From: Myxococcota bacterium
GTDB lineage: Bacteria > Myxococcota_A > UBA9160 > JAFDDA01
Assembly (NCBI GenBank): GCA_965228475.1
Contig: OZ245817.1
Coordinates: forward strand, 1,056,001-1,120,000
Length of the DNA stretch: 64,000 bases
Direction of reading: 5' to 3'
In this document: positions 48,730-58,232 of the stretch, in pieces
Numbering within the stretch: the first letter of the stretch is position 1
Layout of the letters: each line of letters starts with the position of its first letter
Notes under the pieces: model-generated
The model's database searches: none
Seen by the model: the letters and a program-made list of their open reading frames with translations, nothing else
Told to the model about the DNA's origin: nothing
Program-made: the position numbers and the translations under genes

Positions 48730-49519
48730 CCGAACGACCTGGAGCGCGGGCCTCGCTCTCGTCGCCTTGGGCGGCGTCCTTCTTCTCGGCCCTCGCACTT
48801 CCCATGGTCAGCTGGTCGTGCTCGACCCGACCAATCTCGTCCACAACATCACGACTGCCATCCAGCAGACCCTGAGCGTCGCCCAGGAAGTGCAGATGGT
48901 GGCGAACCAGGGCACCCAGATCGTTCAGCAGGTCCGCCAGCTCGAGAACGAGCTGCAGATGCTCCAGAACATGCTGGTGAACACGACGCCTGCAGGCACC
49001 GTTGCCTGGGCCGACGTGCAGACGGCCCTCGGCAGCCTCGGCCAGGCGATGCAGATCGGCCTCTCCATTCCCTACACGCTCGGGAATGTTGCCACCGTCT
49101 TCGAGAGCCGCTTCCCGGGCTACGTGCCCCCGGCCGATTGGACGGCGGCGTACGACTCCTGGGCGACCAGCGTCCTCGACACGCTGCGCGGAACCCTCGC
49201 CGCGGCAGGCGAGAACGTTGCCGACGCGCCGAGCGTTCAGGCGGCACTCGACCGCCTTCGCCTGGCAAACGACGGCGCCCAGGGCCGACTCGAAGCCCTC
49301 CAGGTCGGCAACCAGATCGCGAGTCTCCAGGTCGAGGAGATCGGAAAGCTCCGCCAGCTCTTCGCGGCGCAGATCAGCGCGCAGAATGCCTACCTCGGTG
49401 CCCAGGAAGCCAAGGCTGCGGGATCGGCGGCGGCGTTCGACGCCTGGTTGGGCAACGCGCCCTCCATGATCCCGGTCTCCCGACCCAGCGAAGGTCTCGC
49501 GACCGTACCGCGCCCGTAG
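48716..49519 (+). CDS. trbJ: TrbJ (VirB5-like)
   Basis: V.DPTN..N, Q-rich coil, AQGRLEALQVGNQ; position after trbE. Confidence 0.85.
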   Translation: MLRPSRTTWSAGLALVALGGVLLLGPRTSHGQLVVLDPTNLVHNITTAIQQTLSVAQEVQMVANQGTQIVQQVRQLENELQMLQNMLVNTTPAGTVAWADVQTALGSLGQAMQIGLSIPYTLGNVATVFESRFPGYVPPADWTAAYDSWATSVLDTLRGTLAAAGENVADAPSVQAALDRLRLANDGAQGRLEALQVGNQIASLQVEEIGKLRQLFAAQISAQNAYLGAQEAKAAGSAAAFDAWLGNAPSMIPVSRPSEGLATVPRP

Positions 49520-49539
49520 GGCAGGGTGAGCGCCCTTCG

Positions 49540-50763
49540 ATGACCACGATCCTCACGGACCTCGTCAACGCCTTCCAAGCCGCCACCGCCGGCTGGTTCG
49601 GGGTCCTGTTTCCGATCGCGCGGAACCTGTTCTTCACGCTCGCCACGATCGAAATCGTGTGGGCGGCCTCCTGGTGGGTGATCGAGCGCGACGACCCGAC
49701 GCAGATCTTCGTCCAGTTCCTGAAGCGGATCATGGCGATCGGCTTCTTCCTGGCCGTCCTGACGTTCGCCGACGTCTGGATCCCGGCGATCATCGACGGC
49801 TTCGCCACGGCCGGGCGGACCGCTGGCGGGCTCCCGGAGCTGAACCCCAGCACCGTGATCGACCAGGGCATTGCGGTGGCGTCCACGCTGATTTCGAGCA
49901 TCAGCGTAGCCGGCTGGTTCACCTCGCCGGGCGGGAACTTCGTTGCCGCCATCGCGGCGCTCCTGACGTTCCTGGCATTCGTGGTCATCGCAGGCCAGCT
50001 GGCCCTGGCCCTGATCGAGATGTACGTGGTGATCGGCGGAGGCGTGCTGCTTCTCGGCTTCGCAGGCTCGCGCTGGACGATCCCCTTCGCCGAGCGCTAC
50101 CTGAGCTACGCCGTCGCCATCGGGATCAAGCTCTTCGTCCTCTACCTGATCATCGGGGTCGGGACTGCGCTCGCGGCGTCCTGGCAGCCGACCCTGGCCG
50201 GCGCGGGCAGCTCGCCCTCGGATCTCTTCGCGATCCTGGGCGCTGCGCTCGTCTACATGATCGTGGCGTGGCAGATCCCGTCCTTCGCGTCGGCGCTGAT
50301 TGCCGGTTCGGTCAACCTGACGCTCGGGACCGCGATCTACACCGGTGGATCCATGGCCGCCGTGGCGCTCGGCGTGAAGGGCCTTGCCGCGCGCGCCGCT
50401 GCATCCGGAGCGCGCGGGTCGACGGCGATGCTCGAGGCGGGCCGCTACGCCCGCGCCGCCCATGCGGCGGGCGCCTCTGGAGCAGTCGGCTCCCTTGCGG
50501 GGGGCTTCTCAGCCCTGGCGACCGAGGCCGTGGCAGCCCGAGCCCGCCGCGTCGCCGGCCTCCCGGCCGGACGCACGGCCGATGCCCTGCGCGAGCGCCG
50601 GATCGCCCGTTTCGGGGATCCCCGCGACGCCGCTTCGCCGGCCCGCCTTCCCGCTCCGCGCCCGGGCGCCGGCTCGCGCGGCGCCGGCGCTTCGCGTTCC
50701 ACCCAAACGCCGCCTTCGCCCCGTTCCGGCCCGACCGGAAGCGGGGATCGCCGGCAGAGCTGA
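49540..50763 (+). CDS. trbL: TrbL (VirB6)
   Basis: LFFTLATIE, LNPS, LIEMY..GG..LLGFAGSRWT..AERY, low-complexity tail. Confidence 0.88.
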   Translation: MTTILTDLVNAFQAATAGWFGVLFPIARNLFFTLATIEIVWAASWWVIERDDPTQIFVQFLKRIMAIGFFLAVLTFADVWIPAIIDGFATAGRTAGGLPELNPSTVIDQGIAVASTLISSISVAGWFTSPGGNFVAAIAALLTFLAFVVIAGQLALALIEMYVVIGGGVLLLGFAGSRWTIPFAERYLSYAVAIGIKLFVLYLIIGVGTALAASWQPTLAGAGSSPSDLFAILGAALVYMIVAWQIPSFASALIAGSVNLTLGTAIYTGGSMAAVALGVKGLAARAAASGARGSTAMLEAGRYARAAHAAGASGAVGSLAGGFSALATEAVAARARRVAGLPAGRTADALRERRIARFGDPRDAASPARLPAPRPGAGSRGAGASRSTQTPPSPRSGPTGSGDRRQS

Positions 50764-50778
50764 GGAGGTCCTCGACCG

Positions 50779-51429
50779 ATGCGCACCCCCGAGAATCCGT
50801 ACCTGGCCGGCCGGCTCGAGTGGAACGAGCGGTACCACGGCTTCCTTCGAGCCAAGCGCAACTGGCAGATCATCGCCGTGGTCGCCCTGGTCGTGAATGC
50901 GGTCCTCGGCCTCGGGATCCTCTGGCAGTCGTCCCAGAGTCGCGTCACGCCATACGTTGTCGAGATCGATGAGCTCGGTCAGACGCTCGTGGTCGGCCCC
51001 GCCGACAAGGCGCGTGCCGCCGATCCCCGTCTCGTCCGCTACCAGGTGGCGGACTTCATCCGCAAGACCCGCTCGATCGTGGCCGACGGCGCCGCGGAGA
51101 AGCAGTTCCTCGACACCGCCTACGCCCACGCCACGGGCGCGGCCACCCGCTTCCTGAACGACCACTTCAAGGTGCACAACCCGTTCCTGCGCATGCGGGA
51201 ACGGACCGTCAGCGTCGAGATCACGAGCGTGCTCTCGCTCCCGGCGAGCGACTCGTGGCAGATCCAGTGGACCGAGATCCACCGAGGTCTCGACGGGGCC
51301 GTCCTCACGCGCGAGCGCTGGCAGGCGGTCCTGAACGTGGAGATCCGGCCGGCAGCCACGCCAGAGGTTATCGAGCAGAACCCGCTCGGCCTCTACGTCA
51401 CGGACATCCAATGGACCAAACAGCTTTGA
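50779..51429 (+). CDS. trbF: TrbF (VirB8)
   Basis: ENPYLAGRLEWNER, PYVVEID, SWQIQWTE, NPLGLYV. Confidence 0.92.
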   Translation: MRTPENPYLAGRLEWNERYHGFLRAKRNWQIIAVVALVVNAVLGLGILWQSSQSRVTPYVVEIDELGQTLVVGPADKARAADPRLVRYQVADFIRKTRSIVADGAAEKQFLDTAYAHATGAATRFLNDHFKVHNPFLRMRERTVSVEITSVLSLPASDSWQIQWTEIHRGLDGAVLTRERWQAVLNVEIRPAATPEVIEQNPLGLYVTDIQWTKQL

Positions 51430-51440
51430 GGAGGAGAGCG

Positions 51441-52397
51441 ATGCAGAGATTGCGTTCGAGAGCGTACTTGGCGGCGGCGGCGGCGGTGGCGTGCGGAGCG
51501 TGCTCCTCCGTGCCGGAGCTCGGGCCGGAGGACTTCGTTCAGGCCAACCAGGTGACGGAGGAGATCGTGTTCACGGACCCGATGGGACATCCGACCGACG
51601 CGGACTTCCTCAGCCAGGACGACCCGGAGCTCGTGGAGGCCGTCCGCCAGTTCCAGTCGACCGGGAAGGCTCCGATCGTCCGCAAGCCGGGCTTCGTCCG
51701 CTTCCCGTACGGCGACCGGCAGCCCATCCTCTACTGCAAGCCCCTGCGCGTGTGCGACATCCAGCTCCAACCGGGCGAGAGCGTCCTCCACATCGCGCTC
51801 GGCGACTCGGAGCGCTGGATCGCCTCCAAGATGGAGAGCGGCCCGGCGGACGGCCGCGCACCGCACGTCGTGGTGAAGCCGACCGAGTTCGACGTCAGTA
51901 CCAATCTGGTCATCACGACCGATCGGCGCGTCTACCACCTCGGGCTCATCAGCAACCAGGAGGACAGGTCCGGCTACTTCCGGAGCGTCCGCTTCTACTA
52001 CCCGCAAGAGACGGTCCAGCGGTGGGCGAGCGCAGAGGCGAAGCTGCGCGATGAGGTGCACAGGAAGCGCGACGTCGCTCGCCTCCCTCTCGTGAGGCCC
52101 GAGGGCCTCAACTTCGGCTACCGGATCGAGGGGGATCGAGTTCCCTGGCGGCCCGTCCAGGCCTTCGATGACGGCACCCGCGTCTTCCTGCAGATGCCGG
52201 GCGCGATGGCTGCCACGGAGGCACCCGCTCTCTTCGTCCGGTCGGACAGCGAAGAGCAGGCGCTCGTCAACTATCGGCTGCGGGGCCGGTACTTCGTGGT
52301 GGACAAGCTCTTCGCCCAGGCCGTGCTGGTTCTCGGAGTCGGCGGCGACCAGAAGCGAATCACCGTGACCCGCCTTCCGCGCGAAGCGCGGCGCTAG
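51441..52397 (+). CDS. trbG: TrbG (VirB9)
   Basis: DIQLQPGE, GDSERW, HVVVKP, TNLVITTDRRVYHL, PVQAFDDG, LVNYR. Confidence 0.92.
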   Translation: MQRLRSRAYLAAAAAVACGACSSVPELGPEDFVQANQVTEEIVFTDPMGHPTDADFLSQDDPELVEAVRQFQSTGKAPIVRKPGFVRFPYGDRQPILYCKPLRVCDIQLQPGESVLHIALGDSERWIASKMESGPADGRAPHVVVKPTEFDVSTNLVITTDRRVYHLGLISNQEDRSGYFRSVRFYYPQETVQRWASAEAKLRDEVHRKRDVARLPLVRPEGLNFGYRIEGDRVPWRPVQAFDDGTRVFLQMPGAMAATEAPALFVRSDSEEQALVNYRLRGRYFVVDKLFAQAVLVLGVGGDQKRITVTRLPREARR

Positions 52398-52414
52398 GCG
52401 GCGGAGGGCTTGCC

Positions 52415-53659
52415 GTGACGGACGAGCATGATCCGATCCAGACCGAGGAAGACGCGACACCCATCGAGCTCGAGCCGCGGCCGCGTGTCGTCCGCCTGAA
52501 CCGACGAGCGATCTTCGTTGCCGGCGGGCTCGCGACGGCTGTGATCCTTGCCGCCGTCTTCACCCTCTCGGATCGTAGCCAGCGCGTTGCTCAGCGCCCG
52601 GATCCAGCTGCCGGAGTGAGCACTGCGCCGGATCGGTTCTGGGAGGGTGAGTCGGATGGCGTCCCGCGTCTGGCCGCACCGGTTCCTGCGGCGGATGCAC
52701 CGGTCGCGGCCGCGGGTGCGCCCCCGGAGCTCGACAAAGACGCACCGCCTCAGCTTATCGAGACCAGCGATGGGGTTGCGGACCAGACCCTGCGGCGCGC
52801 CTTCACCTCGCGCCCGATCGTTTTCGAGGGAAACGATGAGGTCGCTCGAACCCCTAGCGCGGTTGTGGCGCCGCCGCACCGACCTGCGGCTTCTCCAGAC
52901 GCGGCGGGTGTTCTCCAGGCCGCGAGGGATCTCTACTCCAGCCAGCAGACGCAGGACGACCCGATGGTCAGCCAGAACCTCCAGCGCGAGAAGCTTGAGT
53001 TCATGCGCAACGCGGAGCTCGGCGTCGGGGAGGAGATCCTCGAGCACCGGGTTCGCCCGTCGCTCTCGCCCTACGAGGTGAAGGCCGGCTCGCTGCTGCC
53101 CGCCGTCCTCGTGACCGAGGCCAACTCGGACCTGCCCGGCCAGCTGATCTCACAGATCCGAGAGAACGTCTTCGACTCGGCCACGGGCGCACACCTGCTG
53201 ATCCCGCAGGGCACGCGCGCCATCGGCGTCTACGACAGCCTCGTTGCCCACGGCCAGGAGCGCGTGCTCGTGGCGTGGCAGCGCCTCATCTTCCCCGACG
53301 GCTCGGGCCTCAACCTGGGCTCCATGCCCGGGACGGACGCCGCTGGCGCCGCCGGCTTCCACGACCGCGTGGACCACGACTACCTGCGCGTCTTCGGAGG
53401 CGCCATCCTGCTGAGCGCCATCAGCGCCGGCCTCCAGGTCTCCCAGGGCACCTTCGGCAGCGGGAACCAGGCCACGGACGCGCGCGATCTCCGCGAGATC
53501 CTCGCCGCCGCCCTCGGCCAGAACCTCGGCGAGCTGGGTACCGAGATCGCCCGGCGCAACATGAACGTCCAGCCCACGCTGGAGATCCGGCCCGGCTATC
53601 GCTTCAACATCGCCGTCATGAAGGACCTGGTCCTGTCGGGGCCGTACCAGGCCTTCTGA
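52415..53659 (+). CDS. trbI: TrbI (VirB10)
   Basis: SPYEVKAGSLLPAVLVT..NSDLPG, LLIPQG, QERVLVAWQRLIFPDG, QPTLEIRPG. Confidence 0.93.
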   Translation: MTDEHDPIQTEEDATPIELEPRPRVVRLNRRAIFVAGGLATAVILAAVFTLSDRSQRVAQRPDPAAGVSTAPDRFWEGESDGVPRLAAPVPAADAPVAAAGAPPELDKDAPPQLIETSDGVADQTLRRAFTSRPIVFEGNDEVARTPSAVVAPPHRPAASPDAAGVLQAARDLYSSQQTQDDPMVSQNLQREKLEFMRNAELGVGEEILEHRVRPSLSPYEVKAGSLLPAVLVTEANSDLPGQLISQIRENVFDSATGAHLLIPQGTRAIGVYDSLVAHGQERVLVAWQRLIFPDGSGLNLGSMPGTDAAGAAGFHDRVDHDYLRVFGGAILLSAISAGLQVSQGTFGSGNQATDARDLREILAAALGQNLGELGTEIARRNMNVQPTLEIRPGYRFNIAVMKDLVLSGPYQAF

Positions 53660-53683
53660 CGCGAGCCACAGGAGGAGAGCCAC

Positions 53684-53917
53684 GTGAAGCTGCAGCGGCG
53701 CAAGAGCGACGAGCCGCCCATCGAGATCCGCGTCACCGTGCCCGCCGAGATCGTCTCCGATCTCAAGGGCTACTGCCGCTACTACGAGGCCACCTACGGC
53801 GAGCCGATCGAGCTTCCGGCGGTCACCGTGGAGATCCTGCGCCACTTCCTGCGCGTGGAGCGCGACTTCCGCCGCTGGCGGCGCGAGCAGGAGCCGGGAG
53901 CGCCGCGGGGCTCATGA
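53684..53917 (+). CDS. DUF2274-like small protein following trbI
   Basis: P.EIRVTVP.E...DL..Y..YY..TYG...L..FL...RDF pattern and position as in Tn4371-type ICEs. Confidence 0.75.
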   Translation: MKLQRRKSDEPPIEIRVTVPAEIVSDLKGYCRYYEATYGEPIELPAVTVEILRHFLRVERDFRRWRREQEPGAPRGS

Positions 53918-54342
53918 CCCGTAGCCATTGGCACTCTCCTCGCCGTCGCCGGCTGCATACGATCGCTGGTCGCCCAGGCGTCGTCTGGTCGGCGGAGGTG
54001 CGCAGCCGACCTTTCTCGGGCGGCCCCGCCACGGCCAGCGCATCCATCACCCCCTCGGCCCACGTCCAGATGTCCGGGTGCCGATCTGCCAAGGCTCCTT
54101 CGCTCGTACTCGCCGTCGGGCTGGCTCCGCTCGGGCCCTTCGGACAAGGATGCGCGCCCTCGGCTCCGCGGACTCCGCTCGTTCACGCCCCTTGCCTCGA
54201 GCCCCGGCGCGGCTCACCCCCCACCCGCCGCGCCTCTCGCTCCGCGGGCGCCCTCCGGCTTCCAGCCCCGTCCGGCCAGGTCTCCGCGTCGGGTGAGAGA
54301 CCTGGCCCAGAGGGGCCTCAACCAGAACGAAGGAGACATACA

Positions 54343-54570
54343 ATGGCAGTCAACACCCAGGCGATCTTCGGCGTCGTGCAGCGCGAGGGGATGGAGAAGG
54401 GCTTCTGGACCCGCATCGGCACCGCCTTCCAGAACCAGGACGGCAGCTGGAACCTCCGCTTCGACTACCTCCCGACCGACCGGACCGCGACGGTCCAGAT
54501 GCGGCCGGTGAAGTCCGGCGAGGAGGGCGCCGAGGGCGGAGCCAAGCCCGCGGCCGGCTCCGACCGCTGA
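54343..54570 (+). CDS. Small protein, DUF736-like, possible ssDNA-binding
   Basis: AAGGAG RBS; FWTRIGTAFQNQDGSWNLRFDYLP. Confidence 0.65.
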   Translation: MAVNTQAIFGVVQREGMEKGFWTRIGTAFQNQDGSWNLRFDYLPTDRTATVQMRPVKSGEEGAEGGAKPAAGSDR

Positions 54571-54577
54571 TCGGGCC

Positions 54578-54607
54578 GCCGTGGGGCGACGCAAGTCGCC
54601 CCACGGC
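54578..54607. terminator. Perfect 13-bp hairpin with GCAA tetraloop between convergent genes
   Basis: GCCGTGGGGCGAC-GCAA-GTCGCCCCACGGC; no clear U-tract. Confidence 0.65.
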
Positions 54608-54646
54608 TGGCGGTCGACCTCGCCGCGAAGCCAGCCGGCCCCGATC

Positions 54647-55096
54647 CTAGGAGGAGGTCTTCGGTTCCCGGATCAGGACGGTGCCCTGGGCCAGGCAGAC
54701 CACGCGGCCTTCGTTGGAGATGCGGATCTGGACGACGGCCGTCGTCCGCGTCATCGAGGCGATCTCGGCTTCGGCGATCACGGTTCCCTCGCTCACCGGG
54801 GCGAGCAGGTTCAGCTTGAACTCGGTCGTGGCGGCCCACCAGCCCGGCTTCATGTGCGGGTAGCAGACGCAGCCCAGCACGTGGTCGCATGCAGCGGAGA
54901 GAACGCCTCCGTGCATGTTGCCGAACGGCGTCAACAGCTCGGGGCGGACCTCGAACTGCGCGCAGAGTCGGCCCGGGCCGAACTCGGTGAAGCGGATCCC
55001 GAGGAAGGCCGGCAGGCCCGTGAGCTTCTCGTTCATCTCCAGGAAGCGATTGGCGACTGCGGCGTCGTAGGTTGCGTCCAGGCTCCGGTCGGACAT
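54647..55096 (-). CDS. PaaI family thioesterase
   Basis: FLGI, PFGNMHGGVLSAACDHVLG, TTEFKLNLLAP. Confidence 0.88.
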   Translation of the reverse strand: MSDRSLDATYDAAVANRFLEMNEKLTGLPAFLGIRFTEFGPGRLCAQFEVRPELLTPFGNMHGGVLSAACDHVLGCVCYPHMKPGWWAATTEFKLNLLAPVSEGTVIAEAEIASMTRTTAVVQIRISNEGRVVCLAQGTVLIREPKTSS

Positions 55097-55100
55097 GCGG

Positions 55101-58100
55101 TTAGGCCTCACTGCGATCCGATTCATCGGATGCGGCCCTCGCTTTGCCTGCCAGGCCCGCAGCGGTTCTTCTGATCCAGCCCGGGACGCGGTTGAGATCG
55201 GCCACCAGTGTGTAGGCGACGGGGACCACGACCAGCGTGAGCAGGGTCGATGAGGCAAGACCTCCGATGACCAGGAGACCCATGGGCTGGCGGAACTCGG
55301 CGCCATCGCTCTGGGCGATCGCCACGGGCACCATCCCGGCGATCGTGGAGCACGCCGTCATCAAGACGGGGCGCAGTCGGACGGGGCCGGCGGCGAGGAT
55401 CGCATCGTGCGCCGTCGCGCCCATGGCGCGCCGCTGATTCGCGTAGTCCACCAGGAGGATCCCGTTCTTCATCACCAGGCCCATCAGGGCGACCAGCCCG
55501 ATCTGGGCCCAGATGCTGAGTGCCGTTCCACTCATGGCGAGGGCGGCAAAGGCCCCCACGAAGGAGAGCGGCGCCGAGAGCATGATCACGGTGGGCTGCG
55601 AGAAGCTGTCGAACTGGCTCGCGAGGATCATGTAGAGCGCCGCGAGTGCGAGGAAGAAGGCGAATACCACGGCCTCGGCCGAATCCTGCATGCGCTCCGC
55701 CGCGCCCGCATGCGTGCCCTGGTAACCCGCCGGGAGCCCGACCTCGTCGACGATCTCGTCGAGCCGGGCTGCGGCGGTGCCGAGCGCAACGTCCCCGCGC
55801 GTGTTCGCGAAGAGCGTGATCTTGCGCCCACGATTCTCGCGTTCGATCTGGGCTGGCCCGCTCGAGATCCGGAGCGTGGCGAGGCTTGCCAGCTCCACGG
55901 GGCGGCCCGCCACGGGCCGGACCTGGACCCTGCCGACCTCGTCGAGATCGTCGCGCTGCTCCCTTTCGAGCCGGACGCGCACGTCGTAGCGACGCCCGCC
56001 GTCCTCGAAGGTCGCCACGTCGACACCCCCGATCAGCGCGCGGACGGTCGTCGCCAGAGAGCGGATCGGCACGCGGAGGTCGGCGGCCCTGCGCCGATCC
56101 ACGACGATCTCGAGCTCCGGCTTGCCCTCCTCGAACCCGGACTTGGCATCCACGAAGAGCGGGTCCGTCCGCATCCGCCCCACGATCTCGTCCGTGGCCT
56201 CCCGGAGACGGTCGAGCGACGGTCCGGTCACCCCGTATTCGACGTTGTATGCGCTGAAGCCGCCACCCGAGATCCAGGCGATCTCGTTCACGCCCACGAG
56301 CTTCGCCTCGGGCGCCGCGCGCCCCATCGCAGACCGGGCCGCATCCATGAGGGCGAGCTGCCCCGTCGTCCGCTCCTGCTTGGGGGTCAGCTCCACGTAG
56401 ACGCTCATCTCGTTCACGCGGCCCTGGCTCCCGGCGCCGATCGTGAGGAACGTGTGCTCGACGTGCTCCACCGTGGTGACGGCCTGCGCGACCCGCCGAG
56501 CGACCCGCTTCGTCTCGGCAATTCCCGCACCGGCCGGAAGCTCTACGATCCCCTCGAACTCGCTCCGGTCCGCCTTCGAGGAGAACTCCAGGGGAATGCC
56601 CCGTGCGACCGCGATGCCGCCGTAGACCGAGACGAGGGCCAGCCCCAGGACCAGGGCGCGACGGCGCAGCGCGGCTCCCAGCAGTACGCCGTAGGCCGCT
56701 TCGAGGCGTCGGTAGAGATCTTCGAGGAGACGGAACACCGCGCCTTCGCCCTGGGACGGCCGAAGGACCTGTGCACACAGGGTCGGCGTCAGGGTGACGG
56801 CCACCAACAAGGAGATGGCCACCGCAAAGGAGATCGCGAGTCCGTACTCGTAGAAAAAGCGCCCGATCACGCCCTGCATGAACGCGATCGGGAGGAAGAC
56901 GGCGAGGACCGATGCGGTCCCAGCGATCACCGCGGAGCCCACCTCGGCGGTGCCTTGGGAGGCCGCGGCCACAGGTGGCACGCCCGCCTCGATCTTTCGA
57001 TGGATGCTCTCGAGCACCACGATGGCGTCGTCGATCAGGAGCCCGATCGAGACCGAGAGCGCCATCAGCGTCAGCATGTTGAGCGTGAAGCCCATCACGT
57101 AGAACAGGAAGAAGGTCGAGACGATCGAGGTCGGGATGGCGACGGCCACGATCACGGTGGTGCGGAGGCTCCGCAGGAACGCCAGGGTGACGAGGACGGC
57201 GAGGAGGCCGCCGAGCACGATGTCGATCCCGACGTCTCTCGCGGAGGCCTCGATGAACCGGGAGATGTCCCGCGCCACCACGAGCTTCACGCCGGGTGGT
57301 GCGTCGCTGCGCAACTCTTCCACCGCCTCCTTGATCGCGCGCGCGACCTCCACGGTGTTCCGACCCGACTGGCGGCGGATGTCCAGCGAGACGCCGCGGA
57401 CGCCGTCGAGCTCGGCGTAGGTGCGCTCGTCCTCGCTGCCGTCCTCGACGCGTGCCACGTCGCCGACGGTGGTCGGCGCCCCCTCGCGGTAGGCGACCAC
57501 GATGTCGGCGAACTCGTCCGCGGTATCGACCTCGCCCCGGGTCTTGACGGAGAACTCTCTCGTCTCCTGGTCCGCTTCGAGGAGCCCTCCCGGTATGTCC
57601 GCATGCTCGGCACGGATCGCCTGGACCACGTCCGGGGCCGTGAGCCCGTAGCTTCGCAGCCGGGTGCCGTCGAGCCAGATGCGGATCTCCCGCTCGCGGC
57701 CGCCCACGGGCCGCGCCGATCCGACACCCGGCACACGCTGGATGCGTTCCTTCACGACGTGATCGGCGTAGTCCGTCAGGGTGCGGATCGGCAGGTCGCC
57801 CGAGACCATCACGGAGAGGATCGGGGCCGCGTCCGGGTCCACCTTTTCGACCACGGGAGCCTGGGCGTCCGGAGGGAGATCCCCGACGGCCCGGGCGACC
57901 TTCTCGCGGACGTCTTCGGCCTTCTCGTCCGCGTCCTCTTCCAGCTCGAACTGGATGAAGACCTGCGAGAGCCCCTCGGAGCTGACCGAGCGGATCTCCT
58001 TGACGCCCGAGATCGTGTTCAGGTGGTCTTCGAGGACGTCCGTCACCTCGCTCTCGACCGTCTCCGGGTTGGCTCCCTCGAGGACGGTCGTGACCGCCAT

Positions 58101-58232
58101 GTAGGGAAACTCCACCCGAGGGAAGAGGTCGACCCCGAGGCGACCGACCGAGATCGCGCCGAGGCCGACGAAGGCTCCGATCAGCATCACGGCGAAGACC
58201 GGTCTGCGGATGGAGAAGTCAGCGATCTGCAT
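55101..58232 (-). CDS. AcrB/AcrD/AcrF-family RND efflux permease
   Basis: SIRRPVFA, GLLIDDAIVVLE, KNGILLVD, RLRPVLMT. Confidence 0.93.
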   Translation of the reverse strand: MQIADFSIRRPVFAVMLIGAFVGLGAISVGRLGVDLFPRVEFPYMAVTTVLEGANPETVESEVTDVLEDHLNTISGVKEIRSVSSEGLSQVFIQFELEEDADEKAEDVREKVARAVGDLPPDAQAPVVEKVDPDAAPILSVMVSGDLPIRTLTDYADHVVKERIQRVPGVGSARPVGGREREIRIWLDGTRLRSYGLTAPDVVQAIRAEHADIPGGLLEADQETREFSVKTRGEVDTADEFADIVVAYREGAPTTVGDVARVEDGSEDERTYAELDGVRGVSLDIRRQSGRNTVEVARAIKEAVEELRSDAPPGVKLVVARDISRFIEASARDVGIDIVLGGLLAVLVTLAFLRSLRTTVIVAVAIPTSIVSTFFLFYVMGFTLNMLTLMALSVSIGLLIDDAIVVLESIHRKIEAGVPPVAAASQGTAEVGSAVIAGTASVLAVFLPIAFMQGVIGRFFYEYGLAISFAVAISLLVAVTLTPTLCAQVLRPSQGEGAVFRLLEDLYRRLEAAYGVLLGAALRRRALVLGLALVSVYGGIAVARGIPLEFSSKADRSEFEGIVELPAGAGIAETKRVARRVAQAVTTVEHVEHTFLTIGAGSQGRVNEMSVYVELTPKQERTTGQLALMDAARSAMGRAAPEAKLVGVNEIAWISGGGFSAYNVEYGVTGPSLDRLREATDEIVGRMRTDPLFVDAKSGFEEGKPELEIVVDRRRAADLRVPIRSLATTVRALIGGVDVATFEDGGRRYDVRVRLEREQRDDLDEVGRVQVRPVAGRPVELASLATLRISSGPAQIERENRGRKITLFANTRGDVALGTAAARLDEIVDEVGLPAGYQGTHAGAAERMQDSAEAVVFAFFLALAALYMILASQFDSFSQPTVIMLSAPLSFVGAFAALAMSGTALSIWAQIGLVALMGLVMKNGILLVDYANQRRAMGATAHDAILAAGPVRLRPVLMTACSTIAGMVPVAIAQSDGAEFRQPMGLLVIGGLASSTLLTLVVVPVAYTLVADLNRVPGWIRRTAAGLAGKARAASDESDRSEA

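Noticed and set aside
45460..48798. 1112-aa minus-strand ORF and other long antisense ORFs (e.g. 55407-58292, 44472-46529)
   Set aside because: Shadow ORFs opposite well-supported genes in high-GC DNA; no recognisable motifs
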